Shown: one piece after another, positions 41,402 to 53,480 of the stretch
Layout of the letters: each line of letters starts with the position of its first letter
Numbering within the stretch: the stretch's first letter is position 1
Assembly (NCBI GenBank): GCA_965287045.1
Contig: OZ336874.1
Coordinates: 59,210,001-59,274,000, forward strand
Direction: 5' to 3'
From: Carcharhinus amblyrhynchos
Taxonomy: Eukaryota
DNA: 64,000 bases
Position numbers and translations under genes: made by a program
The notes under the pieces: generated by a model
What the model saw: only the letters and a program-made list of their open reading frames with translations
The model's database searches: none
Told to the model about the DNA's origin: nothing

Positions 41402-42139
41402 CTGAAATGACAAGCAACAGGCTATACTATATTCACTTGGAAGCTTCAATAATAATGGATAAGAGGTTAAAAGTCTGTTAGTGGAAATATCGTAGTGCAG
41501 GAAAAAGGCTTTTTTTTAGTTATGATTATCCAAAGGGTTTGCAATGATATAAATGTACAATTGTTGCCTCTGCTGAACAATATCATGTCTACCAAGTGAT
41601 GTAGATTTAATTAATTCATTAATAACAAATGAAGACCTGCCTTCTCAACCTTGCCCCCCGCTGGAGGTGTGGTGATCATTAGGTTAAATCACCGCCAGTC
41701 AGCTCTCCCCCTCAATGGGGAGAGCAATCTATGGTCATCTGGGTCTGTGGTGACTTTACATTTATAGCATATTTGCATTAAGATATGTACTGGGATAGTG
41801 AAACTGACAAAAATTCAGTAAGTAGTACTATTTCAAATTGACTAAGAATCTATCAAAGCAGTTATATTTTACACTGTGACACATTAATGAAATGGTACAA
41901 TTGAACCACCACAATTTGTGTAGATTCATATTTGATATATAATTATGTTGCAAGACATTAAGGGTCTTGTCACTTTATGCCCTATAAGATCATCAAAACC
42001 TTTTTTTGTCTGCATCAAGCAAGCTCAGCTAACCCATGACTGTGATTCTTTCTGATCTACATTGGCATCCAGACCCCCAGCATCTCACATTTAAAACTCT
42101 CATCCTTCTCTTTAAAATCTTTCCATGGTCTTAAGCAAT

Positions 42140-43257
42140 CCCATTTCTGTAACACAAAAGCGGCAATTCTCTCAGCCTGCTGCGTAGTCGAGTAGCGCTG
42201 CAGGCCGGGAGACATCAGTGGGGGAACTGCAATAGGAATCATGACCCATGTCCAGTTGATCACGGGTCTCCCAGGCAATGATTTTCAGCGTAATCAGCAC
42301 CATGCCAGATATCGCTGCATGGCTGATTACCACATTGAAAACATAATTTCAATATCATTAGCGAGCCTGCAACAAAAGTCTCACTAGTACCTCCCCCCAC
42401 CCAACGCCCTGCTGGGAGAGGTTCCCAGCAGCAGGGATTAAAGCTGGTCCGCATCAAGGGGGGTCACATGTGATCAACTGAGGCTCCCCTCTGGGACATC
42501 GGTGGGGGGGGTGGGCAGCCTAGCACTGCGCCCTGATACCTGGGCAGTGCCAAGGGGTGGGGTCAAAGCCTATTTGTGCGTCAGGCCAGTGGTGCAGGTT
42601 GGAGGGTTGGGAGAGAGAATTCACTGTGCATCCCGCAATGAAATTGAAGGGAGAGGGAGGGAGGAGGCAATCAGGGTGAACATGGGGAATGGGGGGAATC
42701 AAGGCTGCACATGGGGGAGGGCGGAGGGGCTGGGGGATTGGGGTTGAGGCTGGCCTGAGGAATTGGTTGGGGGGGGCAGGAGGGTGCAGTGTCAGGGAGA
42801 CCAGTGATCAGCAGGGGAGCCTGGAAAAGAAAAATCGGGAGGCTGATGATTGAGAGATTGGCANNNNNNNNNNNNNNNNNNNNNNNNNNNNNNNNNNNNN
42901 NNNNNNNNNNNNNNNNNNNNNNNNNNNNNNNNNNNNNNNNNNNNNNNNNNNNNNNNNNNNNNNNNNNNNNNNNNNNNNNNNNNNNNNNNNNNNNNNNNNN
43001 NNNNNNNNNNNNNNNNNNNGGCAGGAGCCAGTGTGCATGCCCCGATTTCTCCACTGACAGAATGGTGCAAGTGCGGGGGCCCGCTTAGCATGATGGCCTC
43101 TCCAGTGGGATGAGGCATCTCTGCCCCCACCCCTTCCTTTCTGGCATGAATCCCCCTGAGGCACTGTGTAGCACAGAGTGCTGGAAATTCATGAACCAAA
43201 AAAATCTTCCATTTTCTTGCCCACTAGGCACTTCATTTTTTTGGGAAGAATCACCCT
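42140..43257. mobile_element. Probable non-autonomous DNA transposon (Harbinger-like ends) spanning the assembly gap
   Basis: Imperfect inverted ends gcggcaattctc / gaagaatcaccc; GC-rich interior similar in style to 53870-54870. Confidence 0.4.
42864..43019. other. Assembly gap (156 N)
   Basis: Run of N. Confidence 1.
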
Positions 43258-43379
43258 CATTTGCACAAAGGTGGTAGCTGGAGACTAAGTGCAGTGCCTA
43301 AATCCAGGAATGAGGTAAGTGAGGGATTTTAAGATTGATCACTTTTTAAAACTCAGCTTAAGTTTGCCTTTAGACTCAA

Positions 43380-44590
43380 AAGATATAGAGCACAGAAAAA
43401 GCCCCTTCAGCTCATTATGCCTGTGCCTGTCAAAGAAAACCACCCAACTATACTAATCCCATTTTTCAGAACTTGGTCCATAGCTTTGAATGCCTTGGCA
43501 TCACAATTGCACATCTAAATACTTCTTGAATGTTTGACAGTGTCTGCCTCCACCACCTTTTCACGCACTGAGGTCCAGACTCCCACCACCTTTTAGGTGA
43601 AAAAGATCTTTCCTCACATCCCCTCTAAACCTTCTGCCCCTTTCCTTAAGTCTATGCCCTCTATCATTTATCCCTCCACCAAGGGAAGAAGTTTCTGTCT
43701 AAACTACCTACCCATCTATGCCCCTCAATTTTATACATCTCAATCAGGTGCCTCCTTGATCTACTCTGCTGCAAGGAAAACAACCCCAGGCTATCCAAAT
43801 CTCTCTTCATAACTAAAACTCTCCAGACCAGGCAACATCCAGGTTAGTCTCCTTGCACCCTTTCCAGAGGTATCACATCCCTCCTGCAGTGCGCCAGAAC
43901 TGCACACTATAATCTTGCTGTGGCTTAAATCAAGGTTATAAATAGTTCCAGCACAACCTCCTTGCTCTTAAACTCTATGCTTTGGTTAATAAAGGCAAGT
44001 ATACATCTGCCTTCATTTTATTCCAGCATTAGGCATTTATTGACTATGTTTCTCATTGTTCCCTCTCTCCTGCACTTCCTGCTTCTCTGAAGCTGATTGT
44101 TAAAATTCAAGAGTCCTGTTATCATCATTTTCATTGACTTTATTCAGGATCCCTGCTTTCCACTTCAGGACAGTCAGCAGTGTCTGGCAGTTTTCGAAGC
44201 TCTTCATACAAGCATCTTCACTCTCTGCAATAGTTCTATCAAATTCATTTCCGGGTGCCATTTGGCATGCAAGACCCTCGTTGACCTTGTCAAGTTTCTC
44301 TGTTAAAATGCAGATATTGTTCTGAAGCTTGTTCTTCTCTTCCTCCTCTTGCAAGATTTGTTGATTCAGTTCTTTTTTTGCACATAGATCTTCAATATAT
44401 TTAACCAGTTCATTGTTGTAGCTCGGCAGTGCGGCTCACTGCTGGGACATTGCAACTCCCCCATTCTGGGTGCCTGCAGGACAGCCGCCACCCTGTTCAA
44501 TCTTGCTTTTCCCGCCCCAGGCCCCATCTCTCAGCAACGAAGAAGCCACTCACACTCTCCCTACGTCAAATGCCTTCTTAACTATTTTAT
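43380..44590 (-). mobile_element. CR1 3' fragment interrupted by the SSNA1 retrocopy
   Basis: Antisense CR1 3' sequence runs to ...aataaaggcaagtatacatctgccttc and resumes tgccttcttaac after 44570. Confidence 0.75.
44015..44570 (-). pseudogene. SSNA1: Processed pseudogene of SSNA1 (NA14/DIP13); CDS-equivalent 44450-44100 with a stop at codon 5
   Basis: Translates [59 protein letters not shown]...[11 protein letters not shown]; intronless; UTR-like flanks; two AATAAA at the 3' end; flanking direct repeat tgccttc at 44008-44014 and 44571-44577. Confidence 0.92.
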
Positions 44591-44639
44591 AAATTAACTA
44601 TATCAGTAAATTGTAGATACTTTTCAGTCACGTTCAGTG

Positions 44640-47272
44640 TTGAATAAGCTCACTGCTGGAGGCAGCTGCAGCTCAGCTACTTAGTTAGAATTGGTTCCCC
44701 AGGCAGCAGTGGCTGATTCAGCTCTCTGGAATCTGAACTAGTTAATACAAATATGGACACACAAAGTAAGTTGCACAAAGGTGATAACTGGAGACTAAGT
44801 ACAATGAGACTAAGTGCTTGAACCTGGGGATTCAGGGTAATGAGGGTGGAGGTGATATCTGCCCTCTTACAGAAACGGAGACAGCGAGATCTGAGAGCTG
44901 AACCCTGGAATTATAGTGCTTGTTGGCGATTGGTGAATTTTAAGCTTTTTCACCCCCAAAACTGGGCAGTAGCTTAGTGATTCTGGGGGGATATAAATAT
45001 TAGATTAATTTTATTGCATAATTAGTTAAAATCCATAATTGATCAGAGATAATGGTTAAGTGATTTCCCACAACCTGAAACTTAATTAATTAATAAAAGT
45101 AAAATAAAGATGGCAGGCAGGGGATGTGTTGCGGATGCAGCATGTGGGAACTGGTGGATACCTGGGTGATCCATGGCAACACCGTCCACAGTAACAGCCC
45201 AATTTTACCATCATGCTGTGCCTGTTTTCAGGCACAAAGCCTTGATAAAAATCGGGTGTGAGGCGAGCAGTGTGATCCACAACCGCCTCTGCAACCGCTC
45301 CCCCTTTACCAGTGGCTGAAAATGGCAGTGATCGGGACCGCACGCAAAACAAGTATGACAGCAATTTAAATGCACTTGAATGCATTTAGATTGCATTAAT
45401 GGGCTGGGCGCCCAACTTTACCAGCACTTCCCCCTTTAGCATCACGTTTGCCTGTCCAGATTCAGCGCTCGAGCTTCTGAGGAGGTACGTTCAGAACTTC
45501 CGGCGGTGCTCTGGCTCAGGCCGGTGGTTGGGTTGAGGGGGGATGTCAGGTGACTCTCTGGTGTCGTGGGGGGGGAGGGAGGCGGGTCAGATGGCTCGCT
45601 GGTGGGGGGACAGAGAGAGGCTGGTTAGATGACTCTCTGATGGAGGGAATGAGGCGGGTCTGATGGCTCTGTGGTGGAGAGGGAGGGAGGTGAATCAGGT
45701 CACTCTGTTTAGGGGGCATGATCGGTCTGTTTAGTGGGGGGTGGGGAATAAGGGGATCAGTTATGTTGTGGGGATGGGGCAATGTCAGTAGGGCTGAGGG
45801 TTGGGGGTAGGCATCATCCAGCCTGGGATCAATGTGACAGGGATTTTTTTTTAAACTGCACATACGCAGTTGAAGGCTCCAATCGGAGCTGCAGTGTTTC
45901 GCGCACGATAAGCCCCACCCACAGGCTTGTGCAGTGCAATTCAGAATCGCCAATATTTTTTCAGGCAGAGTACGTATGGGAGCACCAGAGAATGGGTCTA
46001 AAAGTCGGATCTGATACGTTCCCAGATTCAAGTCCACCCAGCACTTAGGAACCGATTTTACCATTTTGATTCCAAGTGTCTGCAGCTCAAGGAACTTTGC
46101 CTTCTTTATTGCCTGGTGTAGCTACGTGCTTACTTTCAGCAACTGATCCACAAGGACATCAAAGTCTTGCTTAAGTGATCACCTCTCTCAATTTACGCCC
46201 ATTCAACTGACGCCACATAGTCTGCATCGGTTCAAGAAGGCAGCTCACCTTCTAAGGGGCATCAGGGATGGAGAATGGCCTGTGAAAGAATTTTTCAAAA
46301 AGCTTGGATAGTGTGTTGGCTGAAAGAATAGGAAACAAAGTAAAGATAACTGAGACATTTTCAGGTTGGTAAACTAAGTAGTGGAGTGCTATGGCAGAGG
46401 TGCTCAGGCCTCCACTATTTACAATCAATATTAATGACTTTGAAGAAAGGACTGAATGTACTGTAGTGAACTTTGTTAATGATACAAGGTAGGTAGGAGA
46501 GCAAGTTGTGAAGATGATACAATGAATGTGCAAAGATAGGTAGGTTCAGTGAATGGACAAAAATTTGGCAGGAGTATAACATTACAGCGCAGTATAGGCC
46601 TTTCGGCCCTCGATGATGTAGGAAATGAGTGTACAGCAGGATCTGGGTGTTCTTATATATGATTCGTAAATATTGACATGCAAGTACAGCAAGCAATTAG
46701 GAAAGTATGTTGAATTTTGGCCTTTACTGCCAGGATGATAAAATATAAAAGAAAGTCTTGCAACACCGAGGGATTGGTAAGACCACACCTAGAAAAAAGA
46801 GTGGAGTTTTGATCTCCTTATTTAAGGAGGATCCACCTATATTGAAAAAAGTTCAGAGAAGATTCACTGGGCTGATTCCTGGGATGGAAGAGCTTTTCTT
46901 ATGAGGAAACATTGAGAATATTGGAGTTTAGAAAAATGAGAGGTGCTTTTATCGAAAGATGCAAGATTCTGAGGGGGCTTAACAAGGTAGACACTGAGGA
47001 TGTTTCCTGATGTAGGGAAATCTTGAAAAAGTGGGAAGTTTAAAATAAGCTCAGGCAGAGAAGAGGCAGAATTTCTTCTCTCAGAGGATCATCCGCAGAG
47101 AGCAATGAACACTATATCATTGAATATATGCAAAGCCAAGTTAAGACAGATTTTCGATCAACAAGGGAGTCATAGGTTATGGGAAGACGAGCAAGTGGGG
47201 TTAAGGCATAATTCGATCAGCCATGATCTTATTGCATGGCCTACTCTTATTCCAATTTCTTGTGATCTTATT
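44640..47272 (+). mobile_element. Decayed CR1 retaining 5' UTR and ORF1 start plus ORF2 pieces, split by a non-autonomous DNA element (approx. 45196-46070)
   Basis: ORF1-like MCCGCSMWELVD near 45125 resumes as KCLQLKEL near 46075; RT remnants 46330-47000; CR1 tail near 47270. Confidence 0.65.
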
Positions 47273-50200
47273 AAGTTCCTCCAATTCTACAACCTTCACC
47301 CCCAAACTTGCTCGGAGTCTGGTTTGTTTTGTAAACCATCACCAATGTCCCATTACTGGCAGCCAAGTTTTCTGCTACAAAAAGTGCACACCCTAGAATT
47401 TAATCACAAAAACACTTTCCATCCCTATCTTTTACTTTTAAGAATTGAATTGCAACCTGACCCTCTAACTGTGCTGTTTGTTGGCCACCCTATTAACAGG
47501 CATTCCCTTTGGTTCGGGAGTTGTTTTCATGTTAAATTAATACTTCTGAAAATACTTTTTTTAAGCAACATATCAAAGGTGCTTTTTATAAACAAGTTGC
47601 TATTATGTGAATAGCAGCAAAATGCAATGCAGATATACATTGAAAAGCCATACCATTCATTCTTCTCATTTTGTCATTCAGGACAGTTGATCTTAGTGTT
47701 TATTCAGTTCCATTTCTAATTTAGATTTTTTTAATCAAATTAATTTCCAAGGGAAATGGGACCATGAATTTGGCAAAGTTTTCAAGAATATTTTAATCCT
47801 GACAGATGAAACAGAGGCAATCGGCAATAGTTGGGCATTAAGAAGTTATTCACAGCTATAAAATGAAGTTATTGTTTAGAATTTGCATGATATATACCTG
47901 AATTATCCTCACTGCAGAAATTGTGAGAAGCCTGACATTAGAATCACTTTGGCTTTATTTTCACGGCAAAGAATAAGCATGCAAATCTCCAACTGTTTAT
48001 TAACCTTCGACAGCTAATTATTGGCAATACACAGTCGTAGGGAAAGGAAGTGATTGCTCGGTAATACATGCCACTAATCTGTGTTCAGACTAACTTTAGT
48101 TCTATCAGGGAACTTGAATTATGCCAATGCTTGTGACATTGTTCATTATAATTCACCAAAAACTCAATTTTATTTTTCTTCAGTCAATATCCAAATTCCT
48201 GAGTTAACTGCAGAGGAATGAGAGAGAAATAAAATAATTGCTGGAATGCTCAGGTTGCAAGCAGATAGACCAAATGAGCCAACCCTTCCCTATGTTGAGT
48301 CACTTTGTATCTGGAACAACTGTTTTCCACCTACACTTTAGCTGCAGCCTTTGCAGAGACAAAGCTAACTATTAAACATAAACACACCTTGAACAGCTCT
48401 ACAGGCATGCTTAATAGTTACGTGTTTATGCATTCTTGGTAACACAAAAAGTCGAGCTTATTTTATCTCAAGGTTCTCCCTGTTTTCCTAACCTTGTATT
48501 TGTTCTCATTTGTACCTCATAACAACTTCACAAAATAAGGTGTAGAACTGTCTTAAACATGGGTTAATGTATAACACTGAATTCCCACAATTATCCGCCC
48601 AGCTGTCGATACATGTTCAGAACGTACTCGTTGGGAACAGTGTCAATAGAAAGCAGAAACCCAATAGCTAGGTAGATCAAAACTGTCAGCATAAATCCTT
48701 TTCAACAGGAAATGTTGCATTCTGTGTCAATTGCTTCAATAAACATGCAGGACAATTTAGTCATACAGAGTGTTTGTTTAGTGGTTTGCATTCTTTGAAC
48801 CATGAAGCAATGCCTTCTTGAAATTTTTCCTATGGGTTGACTGCTTAAACTGAATACTGATGGACCACACAGCATTGGTTTCTTGCTATAAACGAAGAGC
48901 TACAGTCAGCACAAGAATAGGCCAATGTCACTGGAAAATGAAATCTGTTTTACATTAGCCAATGAATAAAAAAATGCACAATGTATGTCATCGCTCTGAA
49001 ATTAATTTTAGCATAAATTTTCATCAGTAGAATTGTAAAATTACGTAATAACGAACTGAAGAATGGAACTCTTTTTAAAAAGGCGAAAAAGTTAAAAGAA
49101 AAATAATTCATAAAAGTAACTGATGCACACACACATACATACTATTTAAAGTATTTTAGTGAGCTAGATTTTATAGTTAGCGGCCATGCAACAGCACTCA
49201 CTGATGACCTCAAAGTTGTTCACAAAGATCTAGTGATCTCTGTGTTGTGTACTTCCCCTTTTTTGACAAAAGCTTAAGTCTAGCGCCAGGTCAAGGGAAT
49301 CTCTAGGCATGCCACAGCAGTGCTGTTAGCGACAGGGCAAGTGTTCAATTATAATGAGTTACTCTCACAAACAGGAAACAAGGGAGTCCTTTAGACTTCA
49401 TTCCAAACATAAATTTTCAGATAGCAAAATAAATGATCATGGATTTAGATAAAAGCTAAAATACCAGTGTAAAAAAAATTCAAGAAATGCTATTTTATTT
49501 ATCTGTTATTTATCACAGTTTTTGACATTCCACAAATGTAAAATTAGCTTTTCAGGGCCAGTGAAGGCGTTTAGTGGTAATTAGGAAATTAGTACAACTA
49601 TTTAAAAATCCAGTTATCTCACTTAACAAGGTGCAAATTTTTCATAGATTTTCATAGTGAAACTAATAATGTAAAGTTTTGTCAATTTACTGATTGCTTA
49701 GAGATTGCATTTTTGAGGGAACATCAAAAATGCACCCTCTAGAGGAGTGTAGAATCACCCTCAGCAATTAGTGGGATAGAATTTTACACACCCTCAGTTT
49801 CCTCAGCACCCACCCTCCTCCTGCCCTTCCTGGTGCGTACTATGCTGGATGGACGTTAATTGGCCAGTCAGCATTAAATTGATCTCTGGGCTGAGCATGC
49901 CTGGGAACACATTTCGCACTCACCTCCAGGACCAACGAGCATGCATACCCAACAGGTGGAAAATTCAGACCATGGATTTTTGTATAATTCTGTATTAGTA
50001 CAGACTCCTGAAGCTGCTGTCCGTTTCAATGGAACAATCACAGTGAATACAGTTTTGCTGTAATTGCTTCCACAAAATTTGGACTATTATATCTACATTA
50101 CCTATTATTTGAATCTGAAAAATTCACAGGATAAAAGGAAGATTTAATAAAAGAAGATAATAAGCCTTGCCAGGTTACACCTCAAAATTGGGAATTGGCC

Positions 50201-52989
50201 TGAAGGAAGCTTAGTGTGAAGTATTCAAGGAATAGGAAAGATTAAGATTAATTATCTTAATCATTAAATAATAGCACAATACACTTAATGTAGAGCACCA
50301 GGTTAGGAAACGTGGAAACACTTTCCTTGAACAAACAGACCCAAGGCAATAACATTTGGAAAAAAACATGGAGATAACGCTGGGTAGATGCCTTACAAGT
50401 AAATTATACATTGACTATACTGGTCACTTTATGGGCTAACATAAAAGAACAGTTGATTTTTGTTTTGTTGTACATTTTGTTGTAAAGGGTTTCCAGGCAT
50501 CCCAAATAAAAAAAATCATCATCAGGTAATTGTGTCCACCAATGTCAGGATTTGCTTTGTTTATGGTGATTAACTCGTTTGCTCGAGAGAGATGATGTTC
50601 GATGGCACTTCATGTAGAGATTTAGCTTTGAATGCAAGAACAATTCATGAGCAGGCTCGAAGGGCTAGATGGCCTACTCCTGCTCCTATTTCTTATGTTC
50701 TTATGTGGCCTAAACAAATACGATGTTATCATTGTCATAGAAATATTACAGTACAGGAAGCCATTCAGCGTGGCAAATCCATGTCAGTTCTTTGTAGAAG
50801 AATATACTCAGTTCCATTCCCTGGTTCTATCCCACTGTCTTGCAATTTTATTTCCCTCTCGTGCCATCCAATTTCTTGTTCAAATGATTAACACTCTCCT
50901 CTCCCACCATGCTTATAGGTAGTAAATTCCTGGTCATTAATACTTGCAGTGTAAAATAGTTCTTCCTTACATCACCCCATCATCTCTTGCTCAAAGTCTT
51001 AAATCTTTGTTCCCTTCAATTCCAGAGTTTGTTTTCAGACTGAAGTGTTGCAACTAAACTGCACTTCACAAGTCGAATGATACGAGATTCACATCCACTC
51101 CTACATGGAATCAGGCTCTTGTGAAAGACAGGTCCTGCATACACTGCAGTTTTTTCTCAATTGGCACTGAAGTTATGACATTGCTTGATATCCCACTGTC
51201 AATGATTCCAGCAATGATACCTAGGACAGCCAGTTACCAAGATATACATGGAGCATTTAATGCTTCAAACTGATTGATATCATTGTGAGGTGCTTGGAGA
51301 AGAAAAGGTGGGTGGTGAAAATAGATGATACACTGGTAATGTTCATCCACAGGTACTTTGTGGGATTCCCTGATGCGTGTATGAAACCACAATTTTCAAG
51401 CTGCCAGGCAGTCATCCTGACAAGCCATTAGGGGACATGAGGTGGAATGATTGTCTCATTTTCTTTCAGATGATAATGTTCCGAACCAGATTTTCCATTC
51501 ACTCACTGTCAATGGGCAAAAACTATAGTCTTCAATATGCCTGGATTCAGGGAAGGTACTAGTTTGCTGGAACAAAAAGGAAAAAGAACCGTGGATCCAG
51601 CTGTAGTGAACCCATGGGCAGAATTTTCCTGTCCCACCCACCTCAGGAATCCTAACGGGCTGGACAGGACCATTGAAATTGGGTGGGACTTTCCAGTCTT
51701 GAGGTGAGCGCGGCCAGAAAGTGCTGCCGGACATGTCCAATATTTATGAGGAAACGGATAGGGTGCAGGGAAAACCAAGCACGGTCAGTGGTCCTAGCTA
51801 AGTTATTTCTGTTTTCTGCCTAGCATCTAATCAAATTCACAGGCTGGCCATCTGCATGGTGGGAAAAGCAGTGACAGGAGATCACAGTCCTTAGGGATGG
51901 TCCTTGGAATTTGTGATGGAATTGCAGATTCAGCATGGGTAGTGAGGAAGAAGAGGGAATGAGGTGACAACGGTGAGGGTAGGGAGCTTGGCTCCTGATC
52001 AGGGTTTGGTCATAGGGATGAGGAAGAAAATGGCGAATAGGATGAAGAAAGCTACAGATTGGAATTTGTGGTTGGGGGGCGGAATGTAGGAATTAGTCAG
52101 AGATTGCAGCAGTGGGGAGAGAGAGACACTACAACTATAGTCGGGAAGCACTCCAGCATCTCCAAGCCCACTGTAAAAAGCAATTTCTTTTGAAGGCTGA
52201 CCCATATCCATTTGCTGCCAGGTTTCCTTAGATCTTGCCTGCAATAGTTATATGTAAATTAAGATCCTAGTTGTAGGGCGGAATTTAATCCATGGCCATC
52301 CCGTTCCCATGCGGTTCATTTGAGAATTTAAAAGGCTGGGGAAGGTATATGCAATCGCACGGTGGGTTGGGTTTCCATTGGAGGGTCTTGCCATCAGGTA
52401 ACAGTTCAGCAGATCCAGGTGAGAGCTGCTTGGACAAGCAAGGAGGGCCCTGAGTCAAGGCCCGACATCCTGTCCACTTTTCTTTTTGTCAAAAGTCTGA
52501 GACATTTGTTCTGCGTGTCCCATCATTCTTCTCCGGCCCACTCAAACTTCCCCCTTCCCACCTCCCATCGCTCCCCTGCTCTTCATTAATTGTTTTCACC
52601 CTGGGACCACCACCCTCACCATCCCAAGACACCCAAACCCTTCCCCATGTCAGAACTCTCAGATTCAACGATGCCTCCATGCAGATTTTCCGATAGGCCA
52701 TCAGCGAATAGTGGGAGATGCTCCACACCTGTCAAGGCGTCAGGTGCACATTTTCAACATGCCAATAGCCTGTTAGATGGCGGCTGTGGTGTAGGTACCA
52801 GCTGTATTGTAGAACTCTTCCACCACGCTCTGGAGATGCCTCATCAACCAGGTCCGGAGTGTACTGTTTTTGTTGCTTAGGCTTCTGTTGTCAATTTGAG
52901 CAGGTTCCTCAAAAAATTCAGGAAGCTGTGAATTCCACAAGATATGAGTCATGAGTTTCCCTGGGAAACAAGCACAGATCTTCATAATG

Positions 52990-53480
52990 CTCCACCTGTG
53001 GTCCCAGACCAGTTGGATGTTTAGAGATTGGAATCATTTGTAGCTATATACCACTGTACTGAGGGAGCTCTAACGGCAACATGAACACAATTACCCCTTG
53101 TACTCTGTGGAAATGGTCGAAAAGCCCATTGCACTGGCCTTCGTCATCTGTGATGAAGCTGATTAATTCACTGGCATGACGGAGTAGAGAACTGATCACC
53201 TTTTTGGTGTGCCTGTCAGTGAAATGTCACACATGTTGCCAGTGGAGCTCAGAAAGCACCAAAATCACTTTATGGGTCACTGCCTTTGGGGGTTGCCGCC
53301 AAATCCACATGGCTGTGGATCTTGCTACACAATCTGGCAAATTTCAGTGACCACTTCCCAGGACAGTCTCTGACATTGCCTCTTGGACTTCTGGTGGTTC
53401 TTTGCGTCCTGAAGATGTGTTGGTGCACCAGTGACTTTCTTCTTCTATCCTTCCCAGGATGATTATCTCTTGACCAGCTT
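52990..53480 (-). mobile_element. PIF/Harbinger transposase relic (N-terminal part) within a larger decayed element (approx. 52.3-55.7 kb)
   Basis: RVQGVI/CVHVAVRAP (cf. VQGAIDCTHVAIRAP) and EVVTEICQIV. Confidence 0.65.

Noticed and set aside
42671-43199. Long ORFs containing X
   Set aside because: They are open only because of the N gap
45546-46064. 172-aa proline-rich ORF; similar GC-rich ORFs at 54375-54953
   Set aside because: They lie inside GC-rich non-autonomous transposon-like DNA where stops are rare; no domain motifs
47105-47614. 169-aa ORF
   Set aside because: Starts in a CR1 3' tail and reads into unique intron; no coherent protein features
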